This document shows, one piece after another, positions 26,690-40,469 of a stretch of 64,000 bases of DNA (position 1 is its first letter; each line of letters begins with the position of its first letter). A program made the translations under genes and the position numbers. The notes under the pieces are model-generated. The model made no database searches. It worked only from the letters and a program-made list of their open reading frames with translations, and was not told where the DNA came from. Where the stretch lies: positions 186,001-250,000 of the forward strand of contig BROI01000033.1 of the NCBI GenBank assembly GCA_027923505.1, read 5' to 3'. This stretch comes from Mayamaea pseudoterrestris. Taxonomy: Eukaryota.

Positions 26690-29600
26690 GTAATGTAGCC
26701 ATTTAGGGTGTTGGCCACCCCCATCCTGCAGACCATTCCATGGTGTAGGCCTCCCAGCAGTCCGTTTTGCACCATTTCAGACCATCCTCATGTCAATGGC
26801 ACACCCTGGACATGTTTTGCCTGAATCATTGGGCTGTTGGGTGACCAGGGCACGGGGCATTGTAGTGGTATGATTCCATAATTGGGGGTGTTGGCCACAC
26901 CCATCCTGCAGACCATTCCGTGGTGAAGGCCTCCCGGCATTTCGTTTTGCACCATGTCAGACCATCCTCATGCCAATGGCTCACCCTGGACATGTTTTGC
27001 CTGACTCATTGGGTTGTTGGGTGGCCAGGGCACGGGGCATTGTAGTGGTATGATTCCATAATTTAGGGTGTTGGTAACCCCCATCCTGCAGACCATTCCA
27101 TGGTGTAGGCCTCCCAGCAGTCCGTTTTGCACCATTTCAGACCATCCTCATGTCAATGGCACACCCTGGACATATTTTGCCTGACTCATTGGGTTGTTGG
27201 GTGGCCAGGGCATGGGGCATTGTAGTTGTATGATTCCATAATTCTGGGTGTTGGCCACCCCCAGCCTGCAGACCATTCCGTGGTGAAGGCCTCCCGGCAG
27301 TCCGTTTTGCACCATGTCAGGCCATCCTCATGTCAATAACACACCCTGGGCATGTTTGGCCTGACTCATTGGGTTGTTGGGTGGCCAGGGCACAGGGCAT
27401 TGTAGTGGTATGATTCCATAATTTGGGGTGTTGGTCACCCATCCTGCAGAACATTCCATGGTGTAGGCCTCCAGGCAGTCCGTCTTGCACCATTTCAGAC
27501 CATCCTCATGTCAACGGCACACCCTGGACATGTTTTGCCGGACTCATTGGGTTGTTGGGTGGCCAGGGCACGGGGCATTGTAGTGGTTTGATGCCATAAT
27601 TTTGGGTGTTGGCCACACCCATCTCTGTAGACTTCCATGCAGTGAAGCGCCCAGGCAGTCCGTTTTTCACCATTTCAGGCCATCCTCATGTCAATGGCAT
27701 ACCCTGGACATATTTCGTCTGACTCATTGGGTTGTTGGGTGGCCAGGGCACGGGGCATTGTAGTGGTACGATTCCATAATTCGGGGTGTTGGCCACACCC
27801 AGCCTGCTGACCATTCCGTGGTGTAGGCCTCCAGGCAGTGCGTAATGCACCATGTCAGACCATCCTCATGTCCATGGCACACCCTGGCCATGATTTGCCG
27901 GACTCATTGGGTTGTTGGGTGGTCAGGGACGGGGCATTGTAGTGGTATGGATTCCATAATTGGGGGTGTTGGCCACACCCAGTTTGCAGCATCCATGGTG
28001 TAGGCCTCCAGTCAGTCCATTTTGCAATTTCAGCCCATCCTCATGTCAATGAGCACACCCTGGAACATGTTTTGCTGACTCATTGGGTTGTTGAGTGGCC
28101 AGGCATGGGGCATTGTGTGGTATGATTCCATAATTTGGGGTGGTGGCCCCTCTTGGATCATTCCATGCTGTAGGCCTCCAGGCAGTCCATATTTTTTTAC
28201 CGTTCGAGACTCATCCTCTGTCAATGGCACACCCTAGACATGTTTTGCCTTACTCATTGGGTATTTGGTGCGGGGGGCATTTAGTGGTAATTGCAAATTT
28301 GGGGTGTTGGCCACACACCCATAGTGCGAGCAACCCATGGTGTCAGCGCACTCCAGGCAGTCCATTTTGCACCATTTCAGACCATCGCTCCTGTCAATGG
28401 CACACCGTGGACATGTTTTGCCTGACTCATTGGGTTGTTGGGTGGCCAGGGCATGGGGCATCGTAGTGGTATGATTCCATAATTTGGGGTGTTTGCCACA
28501 CCCACATCTTGTAAGACCATTCCATGCTGTAGGCCTCCAGGCAGTCGTTTTTGTACCATGTCAGAGCCATCACTCGTAATCAATGGACATGTTTTGCGCT
28601 GACTCATTGGGTTGTTGGGTGATCAGGAGATGGGGCATTGTAGTGGTATGATTCCATAATTAGGGGTGTTGGCCACACCCATTTGCAGATGGTGTAGGCC
28701 TCCAGGCAGACTCCGTTTCATGCACACCCTGGTCATGTTTTGCCTGACTCATTGAGTTGTGCCATTGTTTACCTGTTTAGCGTGTGTGAGCTAAATTCCA
28801 TGCAGCGACCAGGCAGTCCTTTTCCATGTCAGACCACCTCATGTCAATGGCACACCTGGACATGTTTTGCATGACTCATTGGGTTGATGGTGGAGTCAGG
28901 ACGGGGCATTGTAGTGGTATGATTCGCATTTGGTTATTGGCCACACCCATTGCTGATAATTTGTATTTTTGCCTCCACGATCGTTTCTCTATTTCAGCCC
29001 ATCCTCATGTCAATGGCACACCCTGGACATGTTTTGCCACAAACTTCATGGGTTGTTGGGTGGCCAGGGCATGGGGCATTAATAGTGGTATGATTCCCAT
29101 AATTTGGGTGTTGGGTGACAGGCACGGGCATTGTAGTGTACATGATTCCATACTTGGGGTGTTGGCCACACCCATCTTGCAGACCATTCCATGCTGTAGG
29201 CCTCCAGGCAGTCCTGCTTTGCACCATGTCAGACCATCCTCATGTCAATGGCACACCCTGGACATGTTTTGCCTGACTCATTGGGTTGTTGGGTGGCCAG
29301 GCACGGGGCATTGTAGTGGTATGATTCCATAATTTGGGGTGTTGGCCAGCCACCAATCTTGCAGACCATTCCATAGTGGTTAGACCTCCCAAGGCAGTCC
29401 GTTTTCTACCATTTCAGACCATCCTCATGTCAATGGCACACCCTGGACATGTTTTGCCTGAATCATTAGGGTTTTGGGTGGCCAGGGCACGGGGCATTGT
29501 AGTGGGTATGATTCCATAATTGTGGGGGGTGTTGGCCACACCCATCCTGCAGACCACCCATCCGTAGTGTAGGCCTCCAGGCAGTTCGTTTGCACCATGC

Positions 29601-30882
29601 TTCAGACCATCCTCATGCCAATGACACCACCAAGGACATGTTTTGCAAGAAACTCATTGGGTTGTTGGGTGATCAGGGCACGCTGGGCATTGTAGTGGTA
29701 TGATTCCATACTTGGGGGTGTTGGGTTTCCCCATCCTGCAGATTCTGGTGTAGGCCTCCAGGCAGTCCGTTTTGCACCATTTCAACCATCCTCATGTCAA
29801 TACGGCACACCCTAGACATGTTTTGCCTGACTCATTGGGTTGTTGGGTGGCCAGGGCATGGGGCATTGTAGTGGTAAGATTCGCATTCTGGGGTGTTGGC
29901 CACACTCCAGCCTGCAGACCATTCCATGGTGTAGGCCTTCCAGGCAGTCCGTTTTTGCACCATGTCAGACCATCCTCATGTCTTCAGGCACACCCTGATG
30001 TTGTGCATGACTCATTGGGTTGTTGGGTGGCCAGGGCACGGGGTGTATATGATTCCATAATTTGGGGTGTTGGTCACATCCTGCAACATTCCATGGTGAG
30101 CCTCCAGGCAGTCCGTTTTGCACCATGTCAGACCATTCATGTCCATGGCACACCCCACATGTTTTGCATGACTCATTGTTGTTGGGATCAGGCATTGTAA
30201 TGGTATGATTCCATAATTTGGGGTGTTGGCCACACCCATCTTGCAGACCATTCCGTGGTGTAGGCCTCCCGGCAGTCCGTTTTGCACCATGTCAGACCAT
30301 CCTCATGTCAATGGCACACCCTGGACATGTTTTGCCTGACTCATTGGGTTGTTGGGTGGCCAGGGCACGGGGCATTGTAATGGTATGATTCCATAATTTG
30401 GGGTGTTGGCCATTGCCACACCCATCTTGCAGACCATTCCGTGGTGTAGGCCTCCCGGCAGTCCGTTTGGCACCATGGCATTCAATCCTCATGCCAATGG
30501 CTCACCCTGGACATGTTTTGCCTGACTCATTGGGTTGTTGGGTGACCAGGGCACAGGGCATTGTAGTGGTATGATTCCATAATTGGGGGTGTTGGCCACA
30601 CCCACCCTGCAGACCATTCCATGGTGTAGGCCTCCCAGCATTTCGTTTTGCACCATGTCAGGCCATCCTCATGCCAATGGCTCACCCTGGACATGTTTTG
30701 TCTGACTCATTGGGTCGTTGGGTGGCCAGGGCATGGGGCATTGTAGTGGTATGATTCCATAATTTAGGGTGTTGGGCACCCCATCCTGCAGACCATTCCA
30801 TGGTGTAGGCCTCCCGGCAGTCCGTTTTGCACCATGTCAGGCCATCCTCATGTCAATGGCACACCCTGGACATGTTTTGCAT
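26690..30882. repeat. Satellite array A': divergent ~180-bp monomers of the A family, indel-rich between ~27.6 and 30.2 kb
   Basis: Same monomer as A with diagnostic CCTGCAGACCATTCC and CACGGGGC variants; no regular 352-bp dimer; many indels. Confidence 0.95.
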
Positions 30883-30939
30883 AAGTGGAAGCAGTGTATG
30901 CTACGGCATGGTTTAGCAATGGAAGCGTAAAGTGAAAGC

Positions 30940-31512
30940 GCACATAGCAGGAACAATGGCTAGGCCCATCATGTTATGGTTCATAAAACAATGAAATGGA
31001 GACTATACCATGCCATGGCACCCAACCAGTACCCTAGCATGACAGCATAGGCCTGTTTGACTTATTAACAATGCTTTAAAGCCTCCTTCAGCAAGTGGCG
31101 GAAGCCTGGTTGGTGTTTGGCAGTCAACTGGTGTGTTTGTTTTCAAACTGTCTCTGGAGCATTGGCCAGAGCCTGGCCAAAGACTGATGCATGAAACCAA
31201 TTCCATGGATTGGAACAATCACTTACATATATGTTTTGGGTTTCTGCGCAAGAATGGAGCATTCCAAGTGCTTGTGGGCGCCAGAGCAAGTGGCATATAG
31301 CAGGAACAATGGCTAGGCCCATCATCTTATGGTTCATAAAACAAAGACATGGAGACTATACCATGCCATGGCGCCCTTCCACTACAATGGCTGGACAGCA
31401 TTGGCCTTATTGACTGATCAATGATGCACGGAAGCCTTTTTCAGCAAGTGGTAGGAGCCTGGTTGGTGTTGGGCAGTCAGCTGGTGTCGTCGCTTCCACA
31501 CAGTCTCTGGAG
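30940..31512. repeat. Two diverged ~220-bp direct repeats offset by 353 bp
   Basis: ATAGCAGGAACAATGGCTAGGCCCATCAT...GGAGACTATACCATGCCATGGC...GTCTCTGGAG occurs at ~30940-31160 and ~31293-31512. Confidence 0.9.
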
Positions 31513-32032
31513 TCTACCATCCTATGAGCACCTGCATGACCAAACACTTTTCCCATATGTTCATCTGGTGTGGTGAATCCCTTCCGTTTGTTTCTCCTTC
31601 CAATCTTTGCAGCTAAAGTGCTGCACCCTTGCCCTACATTATCCAGAAAAAGTAAATTAAGAGCCTTTTTGGGCTTTTAATTTGCTTTGCAATGGCTCCT
31701 ATACTCTATATGGTGTCTAGGCACTACCACTAATGCTATTGCAGATACAAGTACACTTTGTATATACGTACATGCAACATACTGGTGTGTTCAAAACGAG
31801 GGCGTCGCAGTGGTAACTGGAACAACAATGACAACCGGCAAGTGCGCCTCCGAGCTGGCCCGCCCTTCGGCGCCGCGACGACGAACATGAGAATCCTTTC
31901 CGTGATTTGGCGGAGCTCACAACGCAGCATCGGATCTTTCGAGTCTTCAGCAGCGAAGCAAGCACGAAGCGTACTTGTTCATTACCACTATCAATACGTC
32001 CACAGCCGTTGTAAAACCATTGCAAGTCAAAC

Positions 32033-32509
32033 ATGTCGGAACTGGAGCTTATCGAACGCTCCCGAGCGCTTCAACTCGAGCGGGAAGCTGTCGCCGAAGA
32101 AACGTTTTTCAAAATGATTGATGCGGCCGTGGAGATGGAAGCCTTGGAGATGGCTCCGACTCGACGCACCATTTCTGGGGTTCAATTGGAACGTCACGAT
32201 GACTTGCCCGATGACTTGCCCGATGACTTGCCCGATGACTTGCCCGATGACTTGCCCGATGATTTGCCCGATGATTTGCCCGATGACTTGCCCGATGACT
32301 TGCCCGATGACTTGAGTGTAATGCAGAAGGACATTGAAGAGTTGAAGGCTCGCCAGGGTACTCAGGCCAAGGAACATGAGTCACTGAAAGAAATCGTAAC
32401 AAAGTTGGAACAAAAAAAGGAAGAGGAAGAGGATCGCAAGGCGAAGGAAGAGGCTGCCAAGAAGCGCAAGTTCATGAATCGTTTGCTTTCTCGCTTGGGC
32501 TGGAAATGA
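32033..32509 (+). CDS. Hypothetical 158-aa protein with (PDDL)n tetrapeptide repeat and C-terminal coiled coil/basic tail
   Basis: ATG-started ORF with protein-like composition (E/K-rich helices) and ten DDL units. The repeat variant GAC/GAT is synonymous in this frame. An upstream exon cannot be excluded. Confidence 0.65.
   Translation: MSELELIERSRALQLEREAVAEETFFKMIDAAVEMEALEMAPTRRTISGVQLERHDDLPDDLPDDLPDDLPDDLPDDLPDDLPDDLPDDLPDDLSVMQKDIEELKARQGTQAKEHESLKEIVTKLEQKKEEEEDRKAKEEAAKKRKFMNRLLSRLGWK
32198..32314 (+). repeat. 12-bp minisatellite (GATGACTTGCCC), about 10 copies, coding PDDL
   Basis: Directly visible tandem repeat. Confidence 0.97.
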
Positions 32510-34600
32510 AGGCGAAAGCAACAGCGACAGATGATTGGCAGGATGCAGCGTTTGCATTAGGATTGGAGTGTTTATACATGTTTTGAAATATACGGTCGGA
32601 TCACAGTAACGAATTATAATGAAGACTTTTTCAATGACTTTATTGTAGCATAGCGTTTACTTGCTACTTGCGTTGACGTTGAACAAAACTTCGTTTTCGT
32701 CGCTGGCAAAAGGAGCAGGAGTCCACGATTCGTCGAGCGTGCATCCTGATGCAATAGCAAACTATTTCGCCCAAGTTCCATCAATGCTTTTCCAATATTA
32801 ACGCTCCGCTCATTCGTTCGTTCGCGCAGTCGGGACGTCAAATGTTGGACGTTTCGTTTTGCGTGCATGCATGCAACGCAACACGCAATCGTAGGCTTGG
32901 ACGAACCTTTTTAAACGAGCTCCAATCGACAGTTGACGCGCATGTCAATCGGTGACGACGACGACGGCTGCTGCTGCTGCTGCTGCAGCTGTGCTGCGCT
33001 GCATCAATGGTGAGCGAATGCGTCAAAAGCAGCAGACGCCTCGCCGAGCGGCGACATTCAATCGAATCAAGTATTGACATGAGCGTCGCTTTCAAGCCTT
33101 TTGTAAAGTTGCAAGAGTCCATATTGTCGGTCTTGGTGGCTCCCTTGGACACTGCAGTGATTGATACAGCGCCTTCGTTCGATCCATCTGCTGATTCAAG
33201 CCACAAGGATGCTAACAGCGCAGCATTGTGCGCGGAAGCGAGTGAGACTGCTTCCAACGTTTGCATCGTCTAGTAGTATACACGAAAGCGTGCCGAGCAA
33301 CTGGTAACAACTGGTAAGTCGAATTCGCCCCATCATTCCGTCGAATGTTTGCAAGTCGTTCGAAAAGCCGCGCGTTCATTTGTGCACCAATCGTCCGACG
33401 CCGACGCTGCTCCAGTAAGTGATGACGCTACTCTGCACGTGGCGCAAGGCTTTGCATCGGCTTCCAATGCGCTGCTGTTGAGCGTTTGCTTGAACGAATT
33501 CAATTGATTGCGTTGTTCAGTGCAGTATGTCGTCGCGTGTATCGACTTCAATTTGCATACGTAGCTGCTTCACGCACATGCCGCAGACATTCCATAGACT
33601 GGCTAGACTTTTGCTTCATCCGATCAAGTCAAGATGCAGTAGTCGCCGACTCGCAATCAGATTGGGTGAAAGCGTCGACTCGTCGGCAGTCGGCATCGGC
33701 GCTGCATCATCGTCGTTGCTGCATGAATGTATGTTTTTGAATGGATGGCCGCGCTTTGAAAATCATTGAAAGTTCTAAACTGATCTTATTACTGCCTCCT
33801 CGCGACTGCATGAATCAGTTATGGCGCTGGAGATGACTGGCTAAAATGTTTGGTCGACTACCATCTGGGAGGTCGACCAGCGTTCGTCGTCCAAGATTTC
33901 GAGGCCGATCGTAACGCATATCACGTTTAGGAGTACCGTGTGAGTACCGATGACTGCAGATGACTTTTGATAGTTTGCGTAACGAATGAAAACGCGCTTG
34001 GAAGCATGATCATGATGTTGATTACGTTATTCCCAGTCCGACACCAGAATGTCGCACCTCATTGAATGGCAAATCGCGAGGCCATCACCTTCATCAGTCA
34101 ATTGCACTAAACCATTGAACCTGCATGGCAGAGAATCTCACAATATGGTCTGCGGATTGGTGACTTGGTTGCAGTAACCGTATCAAAAGACGGTCAAATC
34201 GGAGGTATGCTGTCAATGCCAGCTACAGTTAGCCTAGGCAAACTATCTCCGGACCGCATCATTAGTTTAGTGGTAAAATTCCTGCCTTCCAAGCAGGTGT
34301 CCAGGGTTCGATTCCCTGATGATGCAACGCATAATTTTTATATTGCTTCATTGGCGAATATCTTTCCATACTGTAATACAAATTGTTGTTGTGAAGTCCG
34401 GGAGTCCATTGTCCATGGTATTTGCAAGCCGCGCCATGGCAAATTCGATCGAATCAGAGAATGTCGGAACGGTAATCGAATGGCGTCGCATCGCGGATCT
34501 CGCTCTTCGCGCATCGACGCCATGGAGGACGACGAGGGACGAGACCTCTTCTGCAACAGTCACAACCGTTTCATCAGCGCTACTTTAACTTTATATAAAA

Positions 34601-37600
34601 ATGCGACTATTACTTGCAGTCGTTTCTGCGACTGCGCTTTTCACTCTTGCAGTGACTGGATTGGAGGAGGAGCAGCACCAAGAATCACTTGGCAGTCGCC
34701 GCAGCAATAATGATCCAGCCACTTTCGTTCTTCCTGCTTCAATTCATCATCGAAGGCTTTCAACAAGCCTGGAGCCGATAGATGACACTGAAACCAATTC
34801 AAATAGTTCCGCTGCTGCTGATGACGACGACACTGCGGCCTTTGACGCTGCCGTTCAAGCCGAGATTCGACGGACCGATGCCGTTTTGTTTCCATGCTTT
34901 TCCATTGTGATTGGCGTCCTGGTTTACTACACGCTTTCACGGATTCCATTTCTGCATCAGTGGCTTCCATACACGGCCGCCATGTTTGTCATTGGAGCAA
35001 TGCTTGGTGTCGGTGAGTCAAAGGAAGGAAGGAAGGAAATGACGACAAGGCAGTGCGAGACGTGACGCATTCAGCAACTCCTTCATTCTTCGTCACACTC
35101 ACACGTTTTTCTCGCCACGCAGGATGCACGCTGACCGGCAATTCCACCAAGCGATTGAACGACGCTGTACAAGTATGGACCAATATCGATGCCGAAGTCT
35201 TGATGCTCATATTTTTACCTGGCCTCATTTACAAGGAGATTGCCATTGGTCTCAACGTTTACCTTTTTCGCGCGTCCATTTGGCAATCCTTCGTGTTTGC
35301 CTTTCCCATGGTTTTGGCTGGAGCCTCGCTGACGGCAGTCTTTGTCTATTACGTCTTTCCATACCAGTGGTCATTCAATCTTTGCATGATCTTTGGAAGC
35401 ATTCTTTCGGCGACCGACACAGTCTCAGTGGCGGCGCTCATGAATGAGCTTGGAGCATCGCCTCGACTAAAGGTTCATGTCAGTGGAGAGTCACTGCTCA
35501 ACGACGGTTCCGTCATTGTCTTTTACTCGATTTTTACGCTAAGGTACTTGTACGAACTTGGGATTGAAGGAGTTGGCGAAGGTACGTTCCTTGGCGGTGT
35601 GCGTTTGGAGGCGTTTGCAATACGAATGGCAAGCTGCGTCGGCGACGACCAGCCTCGTTGCACATGTCTCACTCATCATTGCTCGCATTATATCAGAGGT
35701 TGACTTTGCGCTTGGTGTGGCGCTCTTCTTTCGCAAGTCACTCGGAGGAGTTGCTGTCGGCTTGGCGTTTGGAATTGGTACCATTTTCCTTATTAGCATT
35801 CTTAACCACCGATTTAACCAGGAGGAAAATGTCATGGAAGTGGCTGCCATGTTGGGAATGATTTACGCTGGATACTTTGTTGCGGACTACGTATGCGAGC
35901 TCAGTGGCGTGTTGGCGACGGTCATTCAAGGAATTACGATCAAATTCTTGGGTCGCGCCATGATGAACGACAAGCGGTTGTTGGACGACTTTTGGACGCT
36001 AATTGAAAACTTGTTAAATACGGTGCTGTTTACGCTAGGAGGTGTCGTATGGGGGAATATTTTGGTCGAGCAATCAACAACGTTTGACGCACTTGAGTGG
36101 GGGTATCTCATTTTACTTTACGTGGTCCTGACCGTCATTCGAGCTCTCATCTTCTTTGGAGCTTATCCAATCACCAAAAACATTGGCCTTGGAACGTGCT
36201 GGCGCGAAACAGTGTTTCAAATACATGCTGGACTGCGCGGTGCCGTTGGTATAACGCTAGCCTTGGCGCTCAACGCCCAAATCAGTCATCTTGGGGCGAC
36301 GGGCAACTTGGATCCAATCTACATTGATCAGACGCGCAAGGCATTTGGTTTCGTTGGTGGTATTGCCTTCATGACTCTCATTATCAATGCCCCAACGTGC
36401 AAGCCACTGCTCATCTACCTCAACTTGTCAGAATCGAGCGAAACGCGTGACAAGATTCTGAACTCGTTTCGGACGCACTTTCGAAAGCAAGCCATTGCTG
36501 AAATGGTGGAACTGCTTGCTCAACCAAGATTCAAGCACGTCAACTTTTCCTTCATTGAGCATCACATTTCCTTCTTGGCTGATCTCACAAAACCAGAGCT
36601 CATGGAAGCTGTGGAACGACGCAAGGTCACTACTTTGCCAAGCGAGTATACGCCGCCGCATCTTGGAAAGATTCTTCAGCATTTTAATGACGATGACGGT
36701 GAAGCGGCGGAGGCGCCATTGCTGTTTAATAACTCCATGGTGTCGACGACTGGCGGCAAGTTTGAGCCAATTATAGAGGGTGTCATGAGTGCTTCCTTGA
36801 CTCGTGAGCCGTCGGATATCTCATCGCAAGAAATGACGCCAGAGGACAAGGAGGCATGCCCTAATTTGTTCGAGTGCCGATCCTTGTTTCTGGACATTTT
36901 AAAATCTGCGTATGACATGCAAGTTTCCGAGGGTGAGCTGGTGCAACGATTATTCCTGACTGTTGCCTTGGAGCGTTCCCTTGACCTTGCGCGAGACCAA
37001 GTGGCAAATGGTCAACCGCTGTCGGACTGGAACTTTGTCAATAGCATCGACTCATCGCTTGTCAAGGTTGATCGGACGTTGAAGCACAGTCGGTGCATTC
37101 TTTCGTGCTTGGAACGCATTCGCCCTGGCCTGCGCGAGCAGTGGAAGCAAGCGAGTTTTCGTTTGAACATTGAGCGAGCCATGGCATTCATGGCCGCTCA
37201 TCGGTACGCGCAAGACTTTTTGAAGCGAGACGCGGAGAATGTGGATCCATGCTTGTCCAAAGCGGCAAAGATTGTCTTGCAGGAGAGCGAGGAAGAATGG
37301 CTCAAGGCTGAAATGGCTTTAAACCAACGGAATCCAGCCTTTGTTGAACGTTCCGTTTCGCACAAGTTTTGTTCCATTCTGTTGCACTCGTCCATTATTT
37401 ACATTGGAACGCTTGTTGGGCAAGGGTTGCTGCGCGAGCAAGAAGCCGAGCACTGGGTCAGGGAGGTAGAAAAGGAATTGGACGGCGTGAACAAGTGCCA
37501 TCGTGGGCATGGCGTTCGAGCGCGCCAATGCAGCAACATGTCAGATATGAAGAGGACGGAACGGATGCGCCAAGTGAGCAGTATGTCCGATTTGCTTAAA

Positions 37601-37606
37601 TCTTGA
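34601..37606 (+). CDS. CPA1-family Na+/H+ antiporter (SOS1/NHX7-like), 3 exons, ~926 aa
   Basis: Exons 34601-35012, 35123-35581 and 35697-37606, joined in frame by GT-AG introns. CPA1 motifs FLPGLIY, FGSILSATDTVSV, SGESLLNDG and GLRGAVG. N-terminal signal peptide and long hydrophilic C-tail. Confidence 0.93.
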
Positions 37607-38057
37607 GTACTCTACGAGATCTTGAATGCAGGTGAATCATTTGCATTCACCAGCGGAGCGGATCGGATTGACGTGCGAGCAAGCTTTCCACATGAGCACT
37701 ACCTCGTCACCTCGGTAACCATCTACCATTAGAGTTTATTAGTCAGCATTAAACCTATATCTTAGCGTTGTCCGTTAATATTAGCTATTCTTCTTGCACA
37801 GAAGGAGTTGGTGAGCATTCTGACGAGGCCAAGTACGTGTGACGCGACGAACGTGAACAGAATTACTCTTCTGCGTGCGTCATCCTCTTTCCAATTAATT
37901 CATGACTAATTTGCGACCGCCAGAGAGTGTTTTCGTCACATTCCACCACCCAACTTTTTCTTTCGCCCATGCAGATTCGTTCCATCGTTCGACCCATCAC
38001 ATTCGACTACAGTACAATAGGACTGGCGAAGATAAGCAAGTCAATAGGTGCAATAAC

Positions 38058-40469
38058 ATGATCCCACGAAGAATCGCTTGCTTGCTTTCGCTGCTGCCAG
38101 CGGCGTTGGCGTTTGTGTCGCCGCTGCAGCAGCCGGCCCTCCTGTCGAAGCGCTCGTCGTCTCTGCAATCGGCCGTCTTGGACGAGCCAACGACCAAAGC
38201 ATCAGATGCGACAGCTACAACCAACATTCGGTAAGCAAACTGTTATTGTATGAGTGAAGGAATAGTTGCGAGAGAGAGATTTTCAGTGGGAGACGACGAC
38301 TGCGAGCTTTGATTCCCATCTTCTTGACTCTCGCGCGCACCTTTCTGTCTTGTCTCGGCAACTGAATGAAGAATAATTGAAAGCAATAAAAAGGACTACA
38401 TTGAGAGATAGGACGCGGTTTTTGAAAGTTCGGTGTTACTCGGGGTCTCTTTCGCGTTCCGCTCTTATCCACTTTTCCTCATTCGCTCACTCACTCACTC
38501 ACTCTCTCCATCCATCCATCCATCCATCCATCTTTCCACAGCAACTTGGCTGTGATTGCTCATGTCGATCATGGCAAAACGACTCTAGTCGATGCTTTGA
38601 TCAAACAATCTGGAGTCTTTCGTGATGAAGCGCAGTCCGACGAGGCTGGAACCTGCATCATGGACAGTGAAGATCAGGAACGCGAGCGAGGCATCACCAT
38701 TCTCGCCAAGAACCTTGCCGTGGTCTACGATGGAACCAAATTCAACATTTTGGACACTCCTGGTCACGCAGACTTTGGCGGGGAGGTCGAACGTGTGCTT
38801 AACATGGCCGATGGTGTTCTACTCGTTGTTGATAGCGTCGAGGGACCCAAGCCGCAGACGCGATTCGTCTTGGACAAGGCGCTCAAGAAGGGCTTGACGG
38901 CGCTGGTCGTTGTCAACAAGATTGACCGACCAGCCGCACGACCTGATTACGTTGTCGATAAGGTATTTGATTTGTTTGTGGAACTCGGAGCGACAGATGA
39001 ACAAACGGATTTCAAAGTTGTTTACGCATCGGGTCTCTTGGGCAAGGCCGGTTACACGCCAGACTCGTTGGAAGATTCCATGAAGCCACTCTTTGAAACG
39101 GCCCTCAAGACAATCCCCAGTCCAAAAGTCGATCGAACGGAACCGGAGGCGTTGCAGGCACTCGTCAGTAACATTGATTTCGATAACTTCAAGGGCAAGC
39201 TTGGTATTGCGAGAATCAGCAACGGATCCATTCGCAAGGGACAAGCCGTATCCCTCGTGCATCCAGATAAGCCAAAAAAGACTGGTCGGCTTGGTAATTT
39301 GTTCGTCTTTGACAATCTTGGCAAGCGCGAAGTCGAGGAGGCGCATGCTGGCGAAATTATCATGTTTGCCGGTCTCAATCCAGAGATTGGTGATACGCTT
39401 GTTACCAACGAGAATGGTGGAGCGAATGCTGCCGAACCAATGACGCCCATTGCCATTGAACAACCGACGGTGCGCATGACAATTGGCGTTAACAAGTCGC
39501 CCCTGGCTGGTCGAGAAGGAAAGCTACTGACGAGTCGCATGATTCGTGATCGCTTGTTCAAGGAACTTGATCGCAACGTGGCGCTGCAAGTGGAAGAAAC
39601 GGATTCAGCGGATCGGTACCAAGTGAGCGGACGTGGACAATTGCACTTGACCGTTTTGGTTGAAACCATGCGTCGCGAAGGATTCGAATTGGAGGTTGGG
39701 CCGCCGACTGTAATTTACAAGGAGAACCCAGAGACAGGCAAAATGGAGGAACCATGGGAAGCACTTGAGATTCGCGTACCGGAAGAATACAGTGGAGGCG
39801 TTATTGACCTATTGAACTTGCGCAAGGGCGAGCTTCAAGACATGGGTATTGAGGAAGGCGATGGAATGACAGTCGTCAAGTATTTGGTGCCAACGCGAGG
39901 CATGCTTGGATTGAGATCTTCCTTGCTGACTGCTACCCGTGGAACTGCCATTATTGATAGCGTCTTTGACTCGTATCGACCCAAGATTGCTGGTGAAATT
40001 CAAGCGCGAGACAAAGGCTCACGTAAGTACACCTTGGTGTATGCATCTGCTCGTGTGGACGTTATTGCTTTGGGTTGTACATATATTAAACTTGGCTGAC
40101 ACGTATGCGTTTGCGTCTCATCATTCAGTATTGGCTTATGCGGACGGGCAAATCACCACATTCGGCATTGAAGGCGCTCAAGAGCGCGGAAAGATGTTTG
40201 CGTCGCCTGGCGAAGAATGCTACAAGGGCATGATTGTTGGTATTCATCAAAGACCTGGAGATTTGGAGGTTAATGTTTGCAAAACCAAACAGTTGACAAA
40301 TATGCGTTCTGCCAACAAGGGAATTACGACCGGAATTGTCGCTCCTATTCAAATGTCTCTGGATGCCTGCGTCGAGTACCTGGCAGCTGATGAGATTCTT
40401 GAAGTGACACCAAGTTTGTTCCGCATGTCCAAGAACCCAGCCATGGCCGGAAAGAAGTCCAAGAAGTAA
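38058..40469 (+). CDS. typA: Plastid-targeted translational GTPase TypA/BipA, 3 exons
   Basis: Exons 38058-38230, 38542-40022 and 40129-40469. Splicing restores [16 protein letters not shown] and KGSLLA. Motifs [35 protein letters not shown] and KQLTNMRS. Presequence ...PAALA-FVSP resembles a heterokont bipartite signal. Confidence 0.96.
38486..38531. repeat. Compound microsatellite (CACT)n(CCAT)n in typA intron 1
   Basis: CTCACTCACTCACTCACTCTCTCCATCCATCCATCCATCCATCCAT lies just before the acceptor site. Confidence 0.85.

Noticed and set aside
27600..30200. Hyper-diverged satellite as a biological mutation hotspot
   Set aside because: Dense random indels and A/B mosaic stretches look like unpolished long-read sequence; this cannot be distinguished from real decay without reads.
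1..30882. CRISPR array or coding interpretation of the tandem repeats
   Set aside because: Units are 169-185 bp with no unique spacers and no cas genes. The many short ORFs are by-products of repeat periodicity.
32614..33770. Possible gene or pseudogene from consecutive minus-strand ORFs
   Set aside because: No recognisable domain, and I could not build a convincing splice model.
34165..34710. 181-aa ORF overlapping the antiporter start
   Set aside because: Non-ATG start, no motifs, and it overlaps a well-supported gene.
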